10,094 nt of DNA from Candidatus Bipolaricaulia bacterium (GTDB taxonomy: Bacteria > Bipolaricaulota > Bipolaricaulia > RBG-16-55-9), in NCBI GenBank assembly GCA_042219045.1, contig JBDGQO010000048.1, positions 1-10,094 of the forward strand, in the 5' to 3' direction. Position 1 is the first letter of the stretch, and the number at the start of each line of letters is the position of its first letter. A model generated the notes under the pieces. It did no database searches. It was given only the letters and a program-made list of their open reading frames with translations, and had not been told where the DNA came from. This document shows positions 1-8,114 of this stretch, piece after piece. The translations under genes and the position numbers were made by a program.

Positions 1-182
1 CACCAGCCGACCAGCCCTTCAAACACGGCAAACGCGCCGCCGAGGGCGAGCAGCGCCTGGCCTCCATGGACGGCCCAATGGGCGCTCGGCATGAGCGCCC
101 ACCACCCCATCGCCACGACGATCGATCCAGCGCCCATGGCCGCGCGGATCCGTCGGCCCGTCCGGTTGATGTTGCAAGTCAT
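1..182 (-). CDS. Small membrane protein, YgaP/DUF2892-like (3' end truncated by window edge)
   Basis: Not in the ORF track. Manual translation from the ATG at 182 gives MTCNINRTGRRIRAAMGAGSIVVAMGWWALMPSAHWAVHGGQALLALGGAFAVFEGLVGW..., open to the edge. The start overlaps the upstream stop as ATGA (179-182), with an SD-like GAGGTGAGG just upstream. It has two hydrophobic segments, and the N-terminal CN(I)xxxxRxxR plus distal GW(C) pattern recalls DUF2892. Confidence 0.75.
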   Translation of the reverse strand, partial: MTCNINRTGRRIRAAMGAGSIVVAMGWWALMPSAHWAVHGGQALLALGGAFAVFEGLVGW

Positions 183-904
183 TCGGCCTCACCTCGCGGG
201 GATTGTACGCGCGCGCCGAGCCAGCGTTCCAACTCGGCTCGGTCGGCACGATCCGTTGCAACGGCCTTTCTGATGCGGCCCTTGTCCATGACGTAGAGCC
301 GATCGCACAGCGCCAGGGCGGTGTCGAGGCGCTGCTCCGCGAGCAGGACGCCGGCCCCCTGCTCGGCCAGCTCCCGAGTCCGATCCTCAACGTGGCGGAC
401 CAGTTGTGGCATCAGCCCTTCGGTCGGCTCATCCATCACGACGAGCCGGGGCGCTGCCAGAAACGCCCGCGCGATCGCCAGCATCTGCTGCTCCCCGCCG
501 GAGAGCGTCCCGGCCGACTGGTCCAGGCGCTCGCGCAGCGAGGGGAACGTCTCCAATACGGGGGGCCAGCGTTGGGCCAGGACATCGCGAGGTTGCCAGT
601 TGACGAGGAGATTGTGGCGCACGGTGAGCTGGGGAAAGACGCGACCGTCCTGGGGCACGTACGCGATGCCGCGGTGCGGGACCTCGTGCGGGGCGCAGTT
701 GCGAAGGTCGACGTCGTCGAATGCGACGGTTCCTTGTTGGATCGAGGCCAGCTTCATGATGCCCTTGAGCGTCGTCGTCTTGCCGACGCCGTTGCGCCCG
801 ATCAGGCCGACGATCTCGCCTCCATGGACTTCCATGGAGAGATCTTGGACGACCGAGATCGCCCCGTAGCCCGCCGTGACGTCCTCAAGCACCAGCACGC
901 CCAT
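179..904 (-). CDS. livF: ABC transporter ATP-binding subunit, LivF-like (HAAT family)
   Basis: Walker A GRNGVGKTT, Q-loop YVPQ, signature LSGGEQQ, Walker B VVMDEP and the LivF-type EQ switch (LLAEQ). Start trimmed from 979 to the ATG at 904 (MGVLVLEDVTAGYG; GTG at 898 is an alternative). Overlaps the livG stop at 885-887. Confidence 0.93.
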   Translation of the reverse strand: MGVLVLEDVTAGYGAISVVQDLSMEVHGGEIVGLIGRNGVGKTTTLKGIMKLASIQQGTVAFDDVDLRNCAPHEVPHRGIAYVPQDGRVFPQLTVRHNLLVNWQPRDVLAQRWPPVLETFPSLRERLDQSAGTLSGGEQQMLAIARAFLAAPRLVVMDEPTEGLMPQLVRHVEDRTRELAEQGAGVLLAEQRLDTALALCDRLYVMDKGRIRKAVATDRADRAELERWLGARVQSPRGEAE

Positions 905-1622
905 CACGCCCCAGATAGACGGCTTGGACGTCGGCGTCGTCCTGGATCGCTGAGGGCGTCCCCTCGGCGAGCACCGCACCGCGGTGCAACACCGTGATCC
1001 GGTCCGCCAGTCGGAAGACGACGTCCATGTCGTGTTCGATGATCAGCAACGTGACCTCCTCGAGCTGTCGCAGTCGGTCGATCAGTGACTGGGCTTCGTC
1101 CCTCGTGAGCCCGGCCATCGGCTCGTCCAGCATCAGGATCGTCGGCGCCATGGCCAGCGCCATCTCCAGCGCGAGCCGCCGGCGCTCGCCGTGAGACATC
1201 GTCTTGACGAGCGCGTCTTGGCGATCGGCGAAGCCCGCTCGCTCGGCGACCTCCATGATTTGATCTTGAAGGGCTCCATGGCGATTGAGGCGGAGCCGGC
1301 CATGCCCGAGGGCCATCTCCACGTGAGCGCGGACGCTCAGCCCGGGAAACAGCGCGCTCGTCTGGAACGTGCGCACGAGGCCCGCCCTCGCGCGCCGGGC
1401 CATGGGCCAGCGCGTGATCTTGCGGTCGTTGAAATAGATCCGACCCGACGTCGGCCGGATTGAGCCGGAGAGCGCGTTGACGAGCGTCGTCTTGCCCGCC
1501 CCGTTCGGCCCGATCACGGCGCGGACTTCGCGCGGCGGCAACGCCAGATCAACCCCGTCGAGCGCGAGAAACGCCCCGAATTGCTGGGTCAGACGGGTGG
1601 TCTGGAGCAGATGGGAGCTCAT
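885..1622 (-). CDS. livG: ABC transporter ATP-binding subunit, LivG-like (HAAT family)
   Basis: C-terminal part of ORF 885..2495. True start is the ATG at 1622 (MSSHLLQTTRL), with GGAGG 6 nt upstream and an ATGA overlap with the livM stop. Walker A GPNGAGKTT, RTFQ, MSHGERRR, LMLDEP, IIEHD and C-terminal VQAVYLG. Confidence 0.93.
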   Translation of the reverse strand: MSSHLLQTTRLTQQFGAFLALDGVDLALPPREVRAVIGPNGAGKTTLVNALSGSIRPTSGRIYFNDRKITRWPMARRARAGLVRTFQTSALFPGLSVRAHVEMALGHGRLRLNRHGALQDQIMEVAERAGFADRQDALVKTMSHGERRRLALEMALAMAPTILMLDEPMAGLTRDEAQSLIDRLRQLEEVTLLIIEHDMDVVFRLADRITVLHRGAVLAEGTPSAIQDDADVQAVYLGRDGRAGA

Positions 1623-2554
1623 GGCGACCTCCGTCGCAACAAGCCGATCAGGCCGCCCGGCAGAACGCGAATGACGACGATGAGCACGATCCCGATCAGG
1701 ATGGGATAGCCGTTGGCCCAGACGCCGCTCAACGCTTCGCGGATCGTCACCAGCGCGCCCGTGCCGAGGAGCGGCCCGACGAGCGTCCCCGCCCCGCCGA
1801 AGAGCGTCCAGATGAGCGCATCCGCGGAGACGAGCCAGTGGAACAACCCCGTCGACACGTAACAGTTGGTCAGCGCGTGCAAGCCGCCTGCCAACGCTGC
1901 GCCCGCGCCCGAGACCGTGAACGCCAGCCACTTGAGGGCCGTGGTGTTGTAGCCCAAGGCCGAGGCTTGCGCCTCGTTCTCGCGCGTGGCGCGCAGCGCC
2001 GTGCCGAGCGGGGCGCGCACCAGGCCGTACAGCGCCCAGACGCCCCCCGCGACGATCCCGAGGACCAAAAGATAGGCCGGGCCGGGCACGGCGCAACCGG
2101 CGCTCCAGTCCCCGATCGACAGCGGCATCGCCGGCAGCGTCAGGCCGTCGTCGCCGCCGGTGACCGCCGCCTGGTTCTGGGCCAGCAAGTACGCGATCAA
2201 CGCCGAGATCGCGGTCAGGATGATGACGCCGTGTTGGCCCGTCCGCACCGCGACGACCCCGATGGCCGCCGCCGCGGCCGTGCCCAGCCCGATCGCGACC
2301 GCCAGCGGCAACGCGATGCTCGGGCCCTGGGCAAGCACCAGCCAGGTGGCGCCGTAGGCGCCCAGTCCGAAATAGACGGAATGGCCCAAGCTGAGCACGC
2401 CGACGTAGCCGAACAGCAAGTCGAAGCTGGCCGCGAACAGGCCCCAGACGAGGATCCGCATGACGATGCCGACGACGTAGCCCTCGAACAGCCAAGGCAC
2501 GGCCACCAAGAGCGCCGCGATCGGGGCGATGATCAGGCTACGTGTCCTGGGCAT
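1619..2554 (-). CDS. livM: ABC transporter permease, LivM-like
   Basis: Multiple hydrophobic helices with motifs DLLFGYVGVLSLGHSVYFGLGAY, TGGDDG, GTALRATRENE, GGAGTLVGPLLG and PGGLIG. Confidence 0.92.
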   Translation of the reverse strand: MPRTRSLIIAPIAALLVAVPWLFEGYVVGIVMRILVWGLFAASFDLLFGYVGVLSLGHSVYFGLGAYGATWLVLAQGPSIALPLAVAIGLGTAAAAAIGVVAVRTGQHGVIILTAISALIAYLLAQNQAAVTGGDDGLTLPAMPLSIGDWSAGCAVPGPAYLLVLGIVAGGVWALYGLVRAPLGTALRATRENEAQASALGYNTTALKWLAFTVSGAGAALAGGLHALTNCYVSTGLFHWLVSADALIWTLFGGAGTLVGPLLGTGALVTIREALSGVWANGYPILIGIVLIVVIRVLPGGLIGLLRRRSP

Positions 2555-3419
2555 GGCCGAACAGTCCTTGCGGGCGGAGCACGAGGATGCTTGCCATGAG
2601 GCCGAGCGCTAGCGCCCGGGCCAACACCGGATCGGTCCAGACGCTCAGCAGGCCCTCGCTCATGCGATAGATGAACGCCGCCACCACGGCGCCGCTCAGG
2701 CTCCCCAGGCCGCCGACGATGACGACCGTGAAGGCGTCGATCAGTATGTCGAGCCCCATCTGGGCGTCGACGGTGACGATGGGAGCCGTCAGGACGCCGG
2801 CCAGCGCGGCCAGCGCGGAGCCGAGGCCGAACGCCTGCCCGTAGACGCGCGGGGCCGGGACGCCCGAACTCAGGGCCAACTCGCGGTTCTGGCGCACGGC
2901 CTGCGCCCAGAGGCCGAAGCGCGTCCGGGCCAGCACCACGCCGACCGCCAGCATCGTCGCGAGCGCCAGGCCCGCCACCGCCAGGCGATAGATCGGATAG
3001 CGCAGCCCGAGCAGCGGGATGCTGTCGGCAATGGGCGGGGCGATCGTCCGCACGCTCGGGATGAGCTCCTGGACGGTCTGTTCCAGGACGAGCATCAGGC
3101 CGAACGTGGCGATGATCGTCAGAATGGGTCGATCGATGATGGGGCGCAGCGCCCAACGCTCGATGAGCCAGGCGAGCGCCCCGACCGTCAAGGGCGCGAC
3201 GGCCAACGCGAGCAGGAAGCTAAGCCCGTTGGCCCATCCCAACGGCTCGGAGGCCTGGATCACGGCCCAGGCGACGACGGCTCCGAGCATATAAAACGCG
3301 CCGTGGGCGACGTTGATGACGCGCAGCACGCCGTAGACGAGGTTGAGCCCGAGGGCGATGAGCCCCACGACCCAGCTCCAGACGAACGCGTTGAGCAACT
3401 GGAACAGGATCAGCGACAT
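2538..3419 (-). CDS. livH: ABC transporter permease, LivH-like
   Basis: LIALGLNLVYGVLRVINVAHGAFYMLGA, TRFGLWAQAV, AFTVVIVGGLGS and RPQGLFG are LivH-type motifs. Overlaps the livM start by 17 nt. Confidence 0.92.
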   Translation of the reverse strand: MSLILFQLLNAFVWSWVVGLIALGLNLVYGVLRVINVAHGAFYMLGAVVAWAVIQASEPLGWANGLSFLLALAVAPLTVGALAWLIERWALRPIIDRPILTIIATFGLMLVLEQTVQELIPSVRTIAPPIADSIPLLGLRYPIYRLAVAGLALATMLAVGVVLARTRFGLWAQAVRQNRELALSSGVPAPRVYGQAFGLGSALAALAGVLTAPIVTVDAQMGLDILIDAFTVVIVGGLGSLSGAVVAAFIYRMSEGLLSVWTDPVLARALALGLMASILVLRPQGLFGHAQDT

Positions 3420-3430
3420 GTCAAGCGCGC

Positions 3431-4690
3431 CTAGCGGAGGTCGATCGGCGACTCATAGACAGATGCGTCCGTCGGGATCTCGGCCTGGACGCGGAGGTGG
3501 CCGTCCTCAACGCGTTCGACGTAGTGGGCGTGGAACGCCAGGTGATCGGCGGCGCGCAGTCGGCCCGGGCCCTGGGGGAATGCCGGACCGGCCGTCCAGT
3601 CGATGCCTGCGAGCGCTTCGACGAACGCGGGCGTGTCGGACGGGCCTTGCCATCCGCTGGCCTCGATGCCGCGGCGAATGAGCGAGAGGGCCTGCCAGCT
3701 GCCGAACAGATCCGCGATGGGCACGACGTCGCCGCCGTCGGTGATCGCGTCGTCCGCAATGCCCACTGAGTCACGGTATAGCGCGTCGAAGGACGCCAGT
3801 CGATCGGGAACCTCTTGGGCCAGCCGGGGATAGCTCGTGACGTAGGCGGTCGACTCGTATTCGGGGGAGCGGGTGTCGAGCACGTCGATCCCTTCGATCA
3901 GGCCGAAGGTCCCCACGTCGTCCAGGAGCCCCACGTCGCGCGCGGTCGAGAGGAAGCGGGCGGTGTCCACCGCCGTGAACGCCTGGAAGACCGCATCGCT
4001 CTGGGACGGGTCGATCTGGCTGATGAAGGGGATAAAGTCGGACGGTCGCACGGGCACGTTGATGACGTCGACGACCTCCGCGCCCAACGCCGCCAGTTCG
4101 GCTTGCCAGTCGGCCGCTTGCGACTGGGCGAACTCCAACTGGGACGCCACGATCGTCCAGCGACGACCGAGGTTCTCCACGGCCCATGAAGCCCCGGCCC
4201 GAACGGCCGCGCGGACCGTGTGATAGCTTTTGAACACGTGTCGATTGGCGGCGTCGCCGGCGATCTCCGTCGCGATCCCCTGCGGGAAATAGGGGATCCT
4301 CAATTCGGACGCCAAGGGCGCCGTGGCGATGTTGGTGCCCGACCAGACCGACCCGACCACGAACTGGGCGTCCCGCTGCAACGCCAGTCGCCGGAACGCG
4401 TCGATGCCGTCGTCCGGATGGGAGCCGCTGTTCTCGGTGATCACCGTCACGGGCCGACCGGCGATGCCGCCTTCGGCGTTGAGCCGCTCGGCGGCGGCCT
4501 CGAGCGCACGCTGGTGCCAGCGGCCGAACGGGGCGACCGAGCCGGACAGCGGCGCCTGGTGCCCAATGCGAAGGGGGGCCGACCCGCTCTGGCTCCAAGC
4601 CGGGCGGCCGACGGCCAGCGTCAGCAGGCCGACCCCCGCTGTCCGTAGCAGCGCTCGGCGCGTCAATGGCTGAGGGGCGTGGGGCGTCAT
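3431..4690 (-). CDS. ABC transporter substrate-binding protein (type I periplasmic binding fold, Leu/Ile/Val-binding-like), Tat signal; copy B
   Basis: Twin-arginine leader (TRRALL, h-region, AWS cleavage-like site), then LRIG...PLSG...G...LNAEGGIAGRPV. SD-like AAGGTG upstream. Adjacent to the HAAT permeases. The ligand cannot be assigned from sequence. Confidence 0.9.
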   Translation of the reverse strand: MTPHAPQPLTRRALLRTAGVGLLTLAVGRPAWSQSGSAPLRIGHQAPLSGSVAPFGRWHQRALEAAAERLNAEGGIAGRPVTVITENSGSHPDDGIDAFRRLALQRDAQFVVGSVWSGTNIATAPLASELRIPYFPQGIATEIAGDAANRHVFKSYHTVRAAVRAGASWAVENLGRRWTIVASQLEFAQSQAADWQAELAALGAEVVDVINVPVRPSDFIPFISQIDPSQSDAVFQAFTAVDTARFLSTARDVGLLDDVGTFGLIEGIDVLDTRSPEYESTAYVTSYPRLAQEVPDRLASFDALYRDSVGIADDAITDGGDVVPIADLFGSWQALSLIRRGIEASGWQGPSDTPAFVEALAGIDWTAGPAFPQGPGRLRAADHLAFHAHYVERVEDGHLRVQAEIPTDASVYESPIDLR

Positions 4691-4729
4691 GACGATGGCA
4701 CCTTGGTCGAGGCTGAGGGCCGCGTCAAG

Positions 4730-5980
4730 TCAGCTGGACGGGCCCTCGCGGTAGTCGACCGTCGCGGGATAGACCGAGCGCCCCGGCTCGAACCGCTCGA
4801 CGACCTCGAGGCCGTTCGGCCCCAACCGTTCGATGTAGTGGGCGTGGAATCCCTGATGATCCGCCGCCCGGATCCGCAGATCGCCTTGGAAGAAGTTTTC
4901 GCTGGCGCTCACCTCGTGGCCCTCCAGGAAACGGATTAGATCGGCATTGTCGCGGCCGTCGCGCCAGCCGGTCTCCTCGATGGCCTGCTTGAGCAGATAG
5001 AGGATCTCCCAGCCGTACCAGTAGTGGGATCCCGTGATGACCCGATCCGAGCCGATCTCGCGGCCGTTCTCGTCGACGCCGACGGCCTCGCGGAACGCGG
5101 CGTCAAAGGGTCGAATCGATTCGGGAACTTGGTCCAGGCGCCGTGGATGGTTGGAGATGAAGAAGCTGTCCTGCAGCGCGGGCAAGCCCATGAGATCGAT
5201 GCCTTCCACGGTGCCGATGACGCCGAAGACCCCGCGATCGGCCAGCAACCCCAGCCCGTCGGCGGCCCGCAGAAAGCGCAGCGCGTTCGCGCCGGGAAAG
5301 ACGTGGAAGAGCACGTCGGTCTCGTCGGGGACCTGGCTCAGGAACGGGACGAAGTCCGAGGTTTCCAAGGGGACGGTGATCGTCTCCAGCACCTCGGCGC
5401 CGGCGTCCTGCAGCAAGGGCGGCCAGGCGCCGGCATGGCTGCGGCCGAACGAATAATCCGCCACGACGATCGTCCACTTGGCGCCCAAGTTCTCCACGGC
5501 CCATGGGTGCGCCACTTGGGCGTGCGACTTGACGGCGTGGTTGACGTGGACGATGTGTCGATTGCCGGATTCGCCCGTGATCTCGGTCGCCTCGCCCATG
5601 GGGAAGTAGACGACGTCCAGCTCCGGGGCCAACGGAAGGCTCGCCACGCTGACGCCGGAGTGCTGCGAGCCGATGATCAAGTCCGCACCGGATTCTGCCA
5701 TCTTGACCATGCGGTCTCGGCCCTGCCCCGCGTCCGTGGCCGTGTCCTCGCGGAGCCGCCGGATTTCTCGACCGTCGATGCCGCCGGCCTCGTTGATCGT
5801 CTCGACGGCGGCTCCGACGACCTTGTCGTGCCAGTAACCGTACTCGGGCAGCGCGCCCGTCAAGTCGACTTGGTGGCCGATTGTGATCGGCTCTTGGCCG
5901 CGCGTGAGCGTCCATGGGAACGTCGCCAGAGCGACGCTCGCCAGCGTCGACTGCAGAAACCGTCGTCGCGTCCAGGTCAT
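4730..5980 (-). CDS. ABC transporter substrate-binding protein (type I periplasmic binding fold, Leu/Ile/Val-binding-like), Tat signal; copy A
   Basis: Tat motif TRRRFL, then ITIG...LTG...YG...INEAGGIDGREI and DYSFGRS. SD GAGGTG (5989-5994) lies 8 nt before the ATG. Clearly paralogous to 3431..4690. Confidence 0.9.
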   Translation of the reverse strand: MTWTRRRFLQSTLASVALATFPWTLTRGQEPITIGHQVDLTGALPEYGYWHDKVVGAAVETINEAGGIDGREIRRLREDTATDAGQGRDRMVKMAESGADLIIGSQHSGVSVASLPLAPELDVVYFPMGEATEITGESGNRHIVHVNHAVKSHAQVAHPWAVENLGAKWTIVVADYSFGRSHAGAWPPLLQDAGAEVLETITVPLETSDFVPFLSQVPDETDVLFHVFPGANALRFLRAADGLGLLADRGVFGVIGTVEGIDLMGLPALQDSFFISNHPRRLDQVPESIRPFDAAFREAVGVDENGREIGSDRVITGSHYWYGWEILYLLKQAIEETGWRDGRDNADLIRFLEGHEVSASENFFQGDLRIRAADHQGFHAHYIERLGPNGLEVVERFEPGRSVYPATVDYREGPSS

Positions 5981-6003
5981 TCGGGGAACACCTCTTCGCG
6001 AGC

Positions 6004-6032
6004 ATCATACATGAAAGTGCTGTATTAAACAA
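6004..6032 (-). promoter_or_regulatory. Putative sigma70-type promoter of the ABC operon
   Basis: Minus strand reads TTGTTT (6032-6027), a 17-nt spacer, then TATGAT (6009-6004), in an AT-rich intergenic patch just upstream of the SD and ATG of the first SBP. Confidence 0.6.
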
Positions 6033-6066
6033 CCGAGGCTTGCGTTGCCCATTCTCAAGCCGTTAA

Positions 6067-7161
6067 ATGGACATCGCCATGATGGACGCGATCCGCAAGC
6101 GCCTGGACGAGCTCGTCGCCGAGTGCGAGGAGCTGGAGGGGAAACTGGCCGATCCGGAGATCACGGGGACCAATGAATACGTCGAGCTGTCGCAGCGCTA
6201 CGCCAAGCTGAAGCGCCTCACGCAGGACTACGAACGGCTCCAGGGCATTGAGGCCGAGATCGCCGACGCCGAGGCGTGGCTCCAAGAGGATCCCGACGAG
6301 GAGATGCGCGAGCTGATCGAGGAGGACCTCGAGACGAACCGCCAGAAGCGCGATCGGCTCATGGACGACCTCAAGGAAGCCATCCTGCCCGACGACCCGT
6401 CCGAGTCGAAGAACGCCATCATCGAGATTCGCGGCGGGGCCGGCGGCGAGGAGTCGGCGCTGTTTGCGTCGGATCTGTTCCGCATGTACAGCCGCTATGC
6501 CGAAACGCAGGGCTTCCGCATCGAGCTGATGGATTCCCATCCGACCGAGCTGGGCGGCTTCAAGACCGTGATCTTTTCCGTCAACGGGCGCGACGCCTAC
6601 CGGCTGTTCAAGTTCGAAAGCGGCGTCCACCGCGTCCAGCGCGTGCCCGAGACCGAGACCGCCGGCCGCATCCACACCTCCACCGCCACGGTCGCGGTGC
6701 TGCCGGAGGTCGAGTCGGTCGACGTGGAGATCTACGACAAGGACCTGGAGATGGAGGCGTTCCGCGCCAGCGGACCGGGCGGCCAGAGCGTCAACAAGGT
6801 CAACTCCGCGATCCGGATCACGCACCAGCCCACGGGCATCAGCGTCGCCTGCCAGGAGGAGCGCTCCCAGCACAAGAACCGCGAGCGCGCGATGCGGCTG
6901 CTGCGGGCCAAGATCAAGCAGCAACAGGAGGAGGAGATGCGCCAGGAGCGCGACCAGAAGCGCCGCGTCCAGGTCGGCAGCGGCGAGCGTTCCGAGAAAA
7001 TCCGCACCTACAACTTCCCGCAGAACCGGGTGACCGACCATCGGATCCAGCTGACGCTCCACCAGCTGGATCGGGTGTTGGAGGGCCAGCTCGATCTCCT
7101 GATCGGGCCGCTGCAGGAAGCCCACCGCGAGGACATGCTGGCCGAGCTGGTTGAAGCCTAA
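6067..7161 (+). CDS. prfA: Peptide chain release factor 1
   Basis: [30 protein letters not shown] (PxT motif = RF1), [12 protein letters not shown], the catalytic ASGPGGQ, and [20 protein letters not shown]. The start could instead be the ATG at 6079 or 6082. Confidence 0.98.
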   Translation: MDIAMMDAIRKRLDELVAECEELEGKLADPEITGTNEYVELSQRYAKLKRLTQDYERLQGIEAEIADAEAWLQEDPDEEMRELIEEDLETNRQKRDRLMDDLKEAILPDDPSESKNAIIEIRGGAGGEESALFASDLFRMYSRYAETQGFRIELMDSHPTELGGFKTVIFSVNGRDAYRLFKFESGVHRVQRVPETETAGRIHTSTATVAVLPEVESVDVEIYDKDLEMEAFRASGPGGQSVNKVNSAIRITHQPTGISVACQEERSQHKNRERAMRLLRAKIKQQQEEEMRQERDQKRRVQVGSGERSEKIRTYNFPQNRVTDHRIQLTLHQLDRVLEGQLDLLIGPLQEAHREDMLAELVEA

Positions 7162-7167
7162 GTCACG

Positions 7168-7947
7168 CTAGACCGTTTCGAGCTCGAGATCGCTCCCAGA
7201 TTGGACCTTTTGGTCGAGATCCACGGTCGCCACGGTCCGCTCGCGCGGGCCGTAGGCGTGTGACGTGAAGATCGTCAGGCAACGGCCGTCCATCATCCAT
7301 TGGGGGACGTGCGGCTGATGGGAGCGAATCAGCACGGATTGGCCCAGTGTCCGCATCTGTCGCTCGAAGAAGCCACGGCCGAACTGGGGACGGCTGCCCA
7401 TGTCGCCGAGGAACTCGCCCGGCTCGTCCTGCCAGTCGCCCCAGACCAGCTGATGCCATTCCGGGCTGCCCGACGGGACGTCCTGGATGGCCTCCAGGGA
7501 GTCGACTGACGGCAGCGCGGCATGGAGCCCGATCACGCCGTTGGGCAGGGCCATTACCCAGGGGAGTTGGTCCAAAACATCCGCACAGCGCTGTCGCTCC
7601 GTCCGGTTGAGCGAGTCCCAGAAGTCGGCGGGCCCGAACGGCATCTGCTTCATGCCCTCGTGGTTGCCCTGCAGCAGATAGACCCTCTCGGGATGCTCGA
7701 GCTTCCAACTCAGGAGATATTCGAGGTTCTCCCGAGACTGCGGGCCCCGGTCGACGTAGTCGCCCAGAAAGACGACGATCGTCTCGTCATTGAAATGCCG
7801 CTCCCCCACGCGCCGGGACGCGTCGACGTCGCCGTGCGTGTCGCCGACGAAGACGACGCGCTCGCCGTGGTCGCGGGTCAGTTGGATGAGCCTTGGCTCG
7901 GCGTCGAAGACGCGTTGCGCCCGGTCCAAGAGATCGAGGTCAACCAT
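7168..7947 (-). CDS. Calcineurin-like metallophosphoesterase; PPP-family Ser/Thr protein phosphatase-like
   Basis: All PPP core motifs in order: GDTHG, GDYVDRG, GNHE, LHAA (HGG position), WGD, LIRSHQ and LTIFTS. Confidence 0.9.
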   Translation of the reverse strand: MVDLDLLDRAQRVFDAEPRLIQLTRDHGERVVFVGDTHGDVDASRRVGERHFNDETIVVFLGDYVDRGPQSRENLEYLLSWKLEHPERVYLLQGNHEGMKQMPFGPADFWDSLNRTERQRCADVLDQLPWVMALPNGVIGLHAALPSVDSLEAIQDVPSGSPEWHQLVWGDWQDEPGEFLGDMGSRPQFGRGFFERQMRTLGQSVLIRSHQPHVPQWMMDGRCLTIFTSHAYGPRERTVATVDLDQKVQSGSDLELETV

Positions 7948-8001
7948 GATCGCTCACGGTGAAAGCGCGAGAACGGCGTGGGTTGATGGCATCTTAAGGG
8001 G

Positions 8002-8075
8002 CGCGCCCGGGAGGATTCGAACCTCCGGCCTGCGGCTTAGGAGGCCGCTGCTCTGTCCGACTGAGCTACGGGCGC
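8002..8075 (-). tRNA. tRNA-Arg (anticodon CCT), CCA not encoded
   Basis: Reverse complement GCGCCCG TA GCTC AGTCGGACA GAGC A GCGGC CTCCTAA GCCGC AGGCC GGAGG TTCGAAT CCTCC CGGGCGC G folds as a full cloverleaf: 7-bp acceptor, 4-bp D stem, 5-bp anticodon stem with CCT and a TTCGAAT T-loop. It is followed by CCC, not CCA. Confidence 0.97.
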
Positions 8076-8085
8076 ACGACGTGTT

Positions 8086-8114
8086 ATCTTGCCGCACTCA
8101 GCTCAGAGAGTCAA
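8086..8114 (-). promoter_or_regulatory. Putative tRNA promoter
   Basis: Minus strand reads TTGACT (8114-8109), 17 nt, then CAAGAT (8091-8086), ending 10 nt before the mature tRNA 5' end. Good -35, weak -10. Confidence 0.5.

Noticed and set aside
1623..2495. Long N-terminal extension of ORF 885..2495 (apparent 536-aa fusion)
   Set aside because: It is an Arg/Gly-rich off-frame read through livM. The real livG start at 1622 has an SD and an ATGA overlap.
203..7154. Many long antisense or alternate-frame ORFs (e.g. 203..997, 1838..2599, 5024..6028, 6055..7125, 6276..7154)
   Set aside because: Shadow ORFs expected in high-GC coding DNA. Each overlaps a gene with clear family motifs and has none of its own.
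6067..7161. RF2 with a programmed frameshift
   Set aside because: The ORF is continuous, has PET rather than SPF, and has no CTT-TGA shift site.
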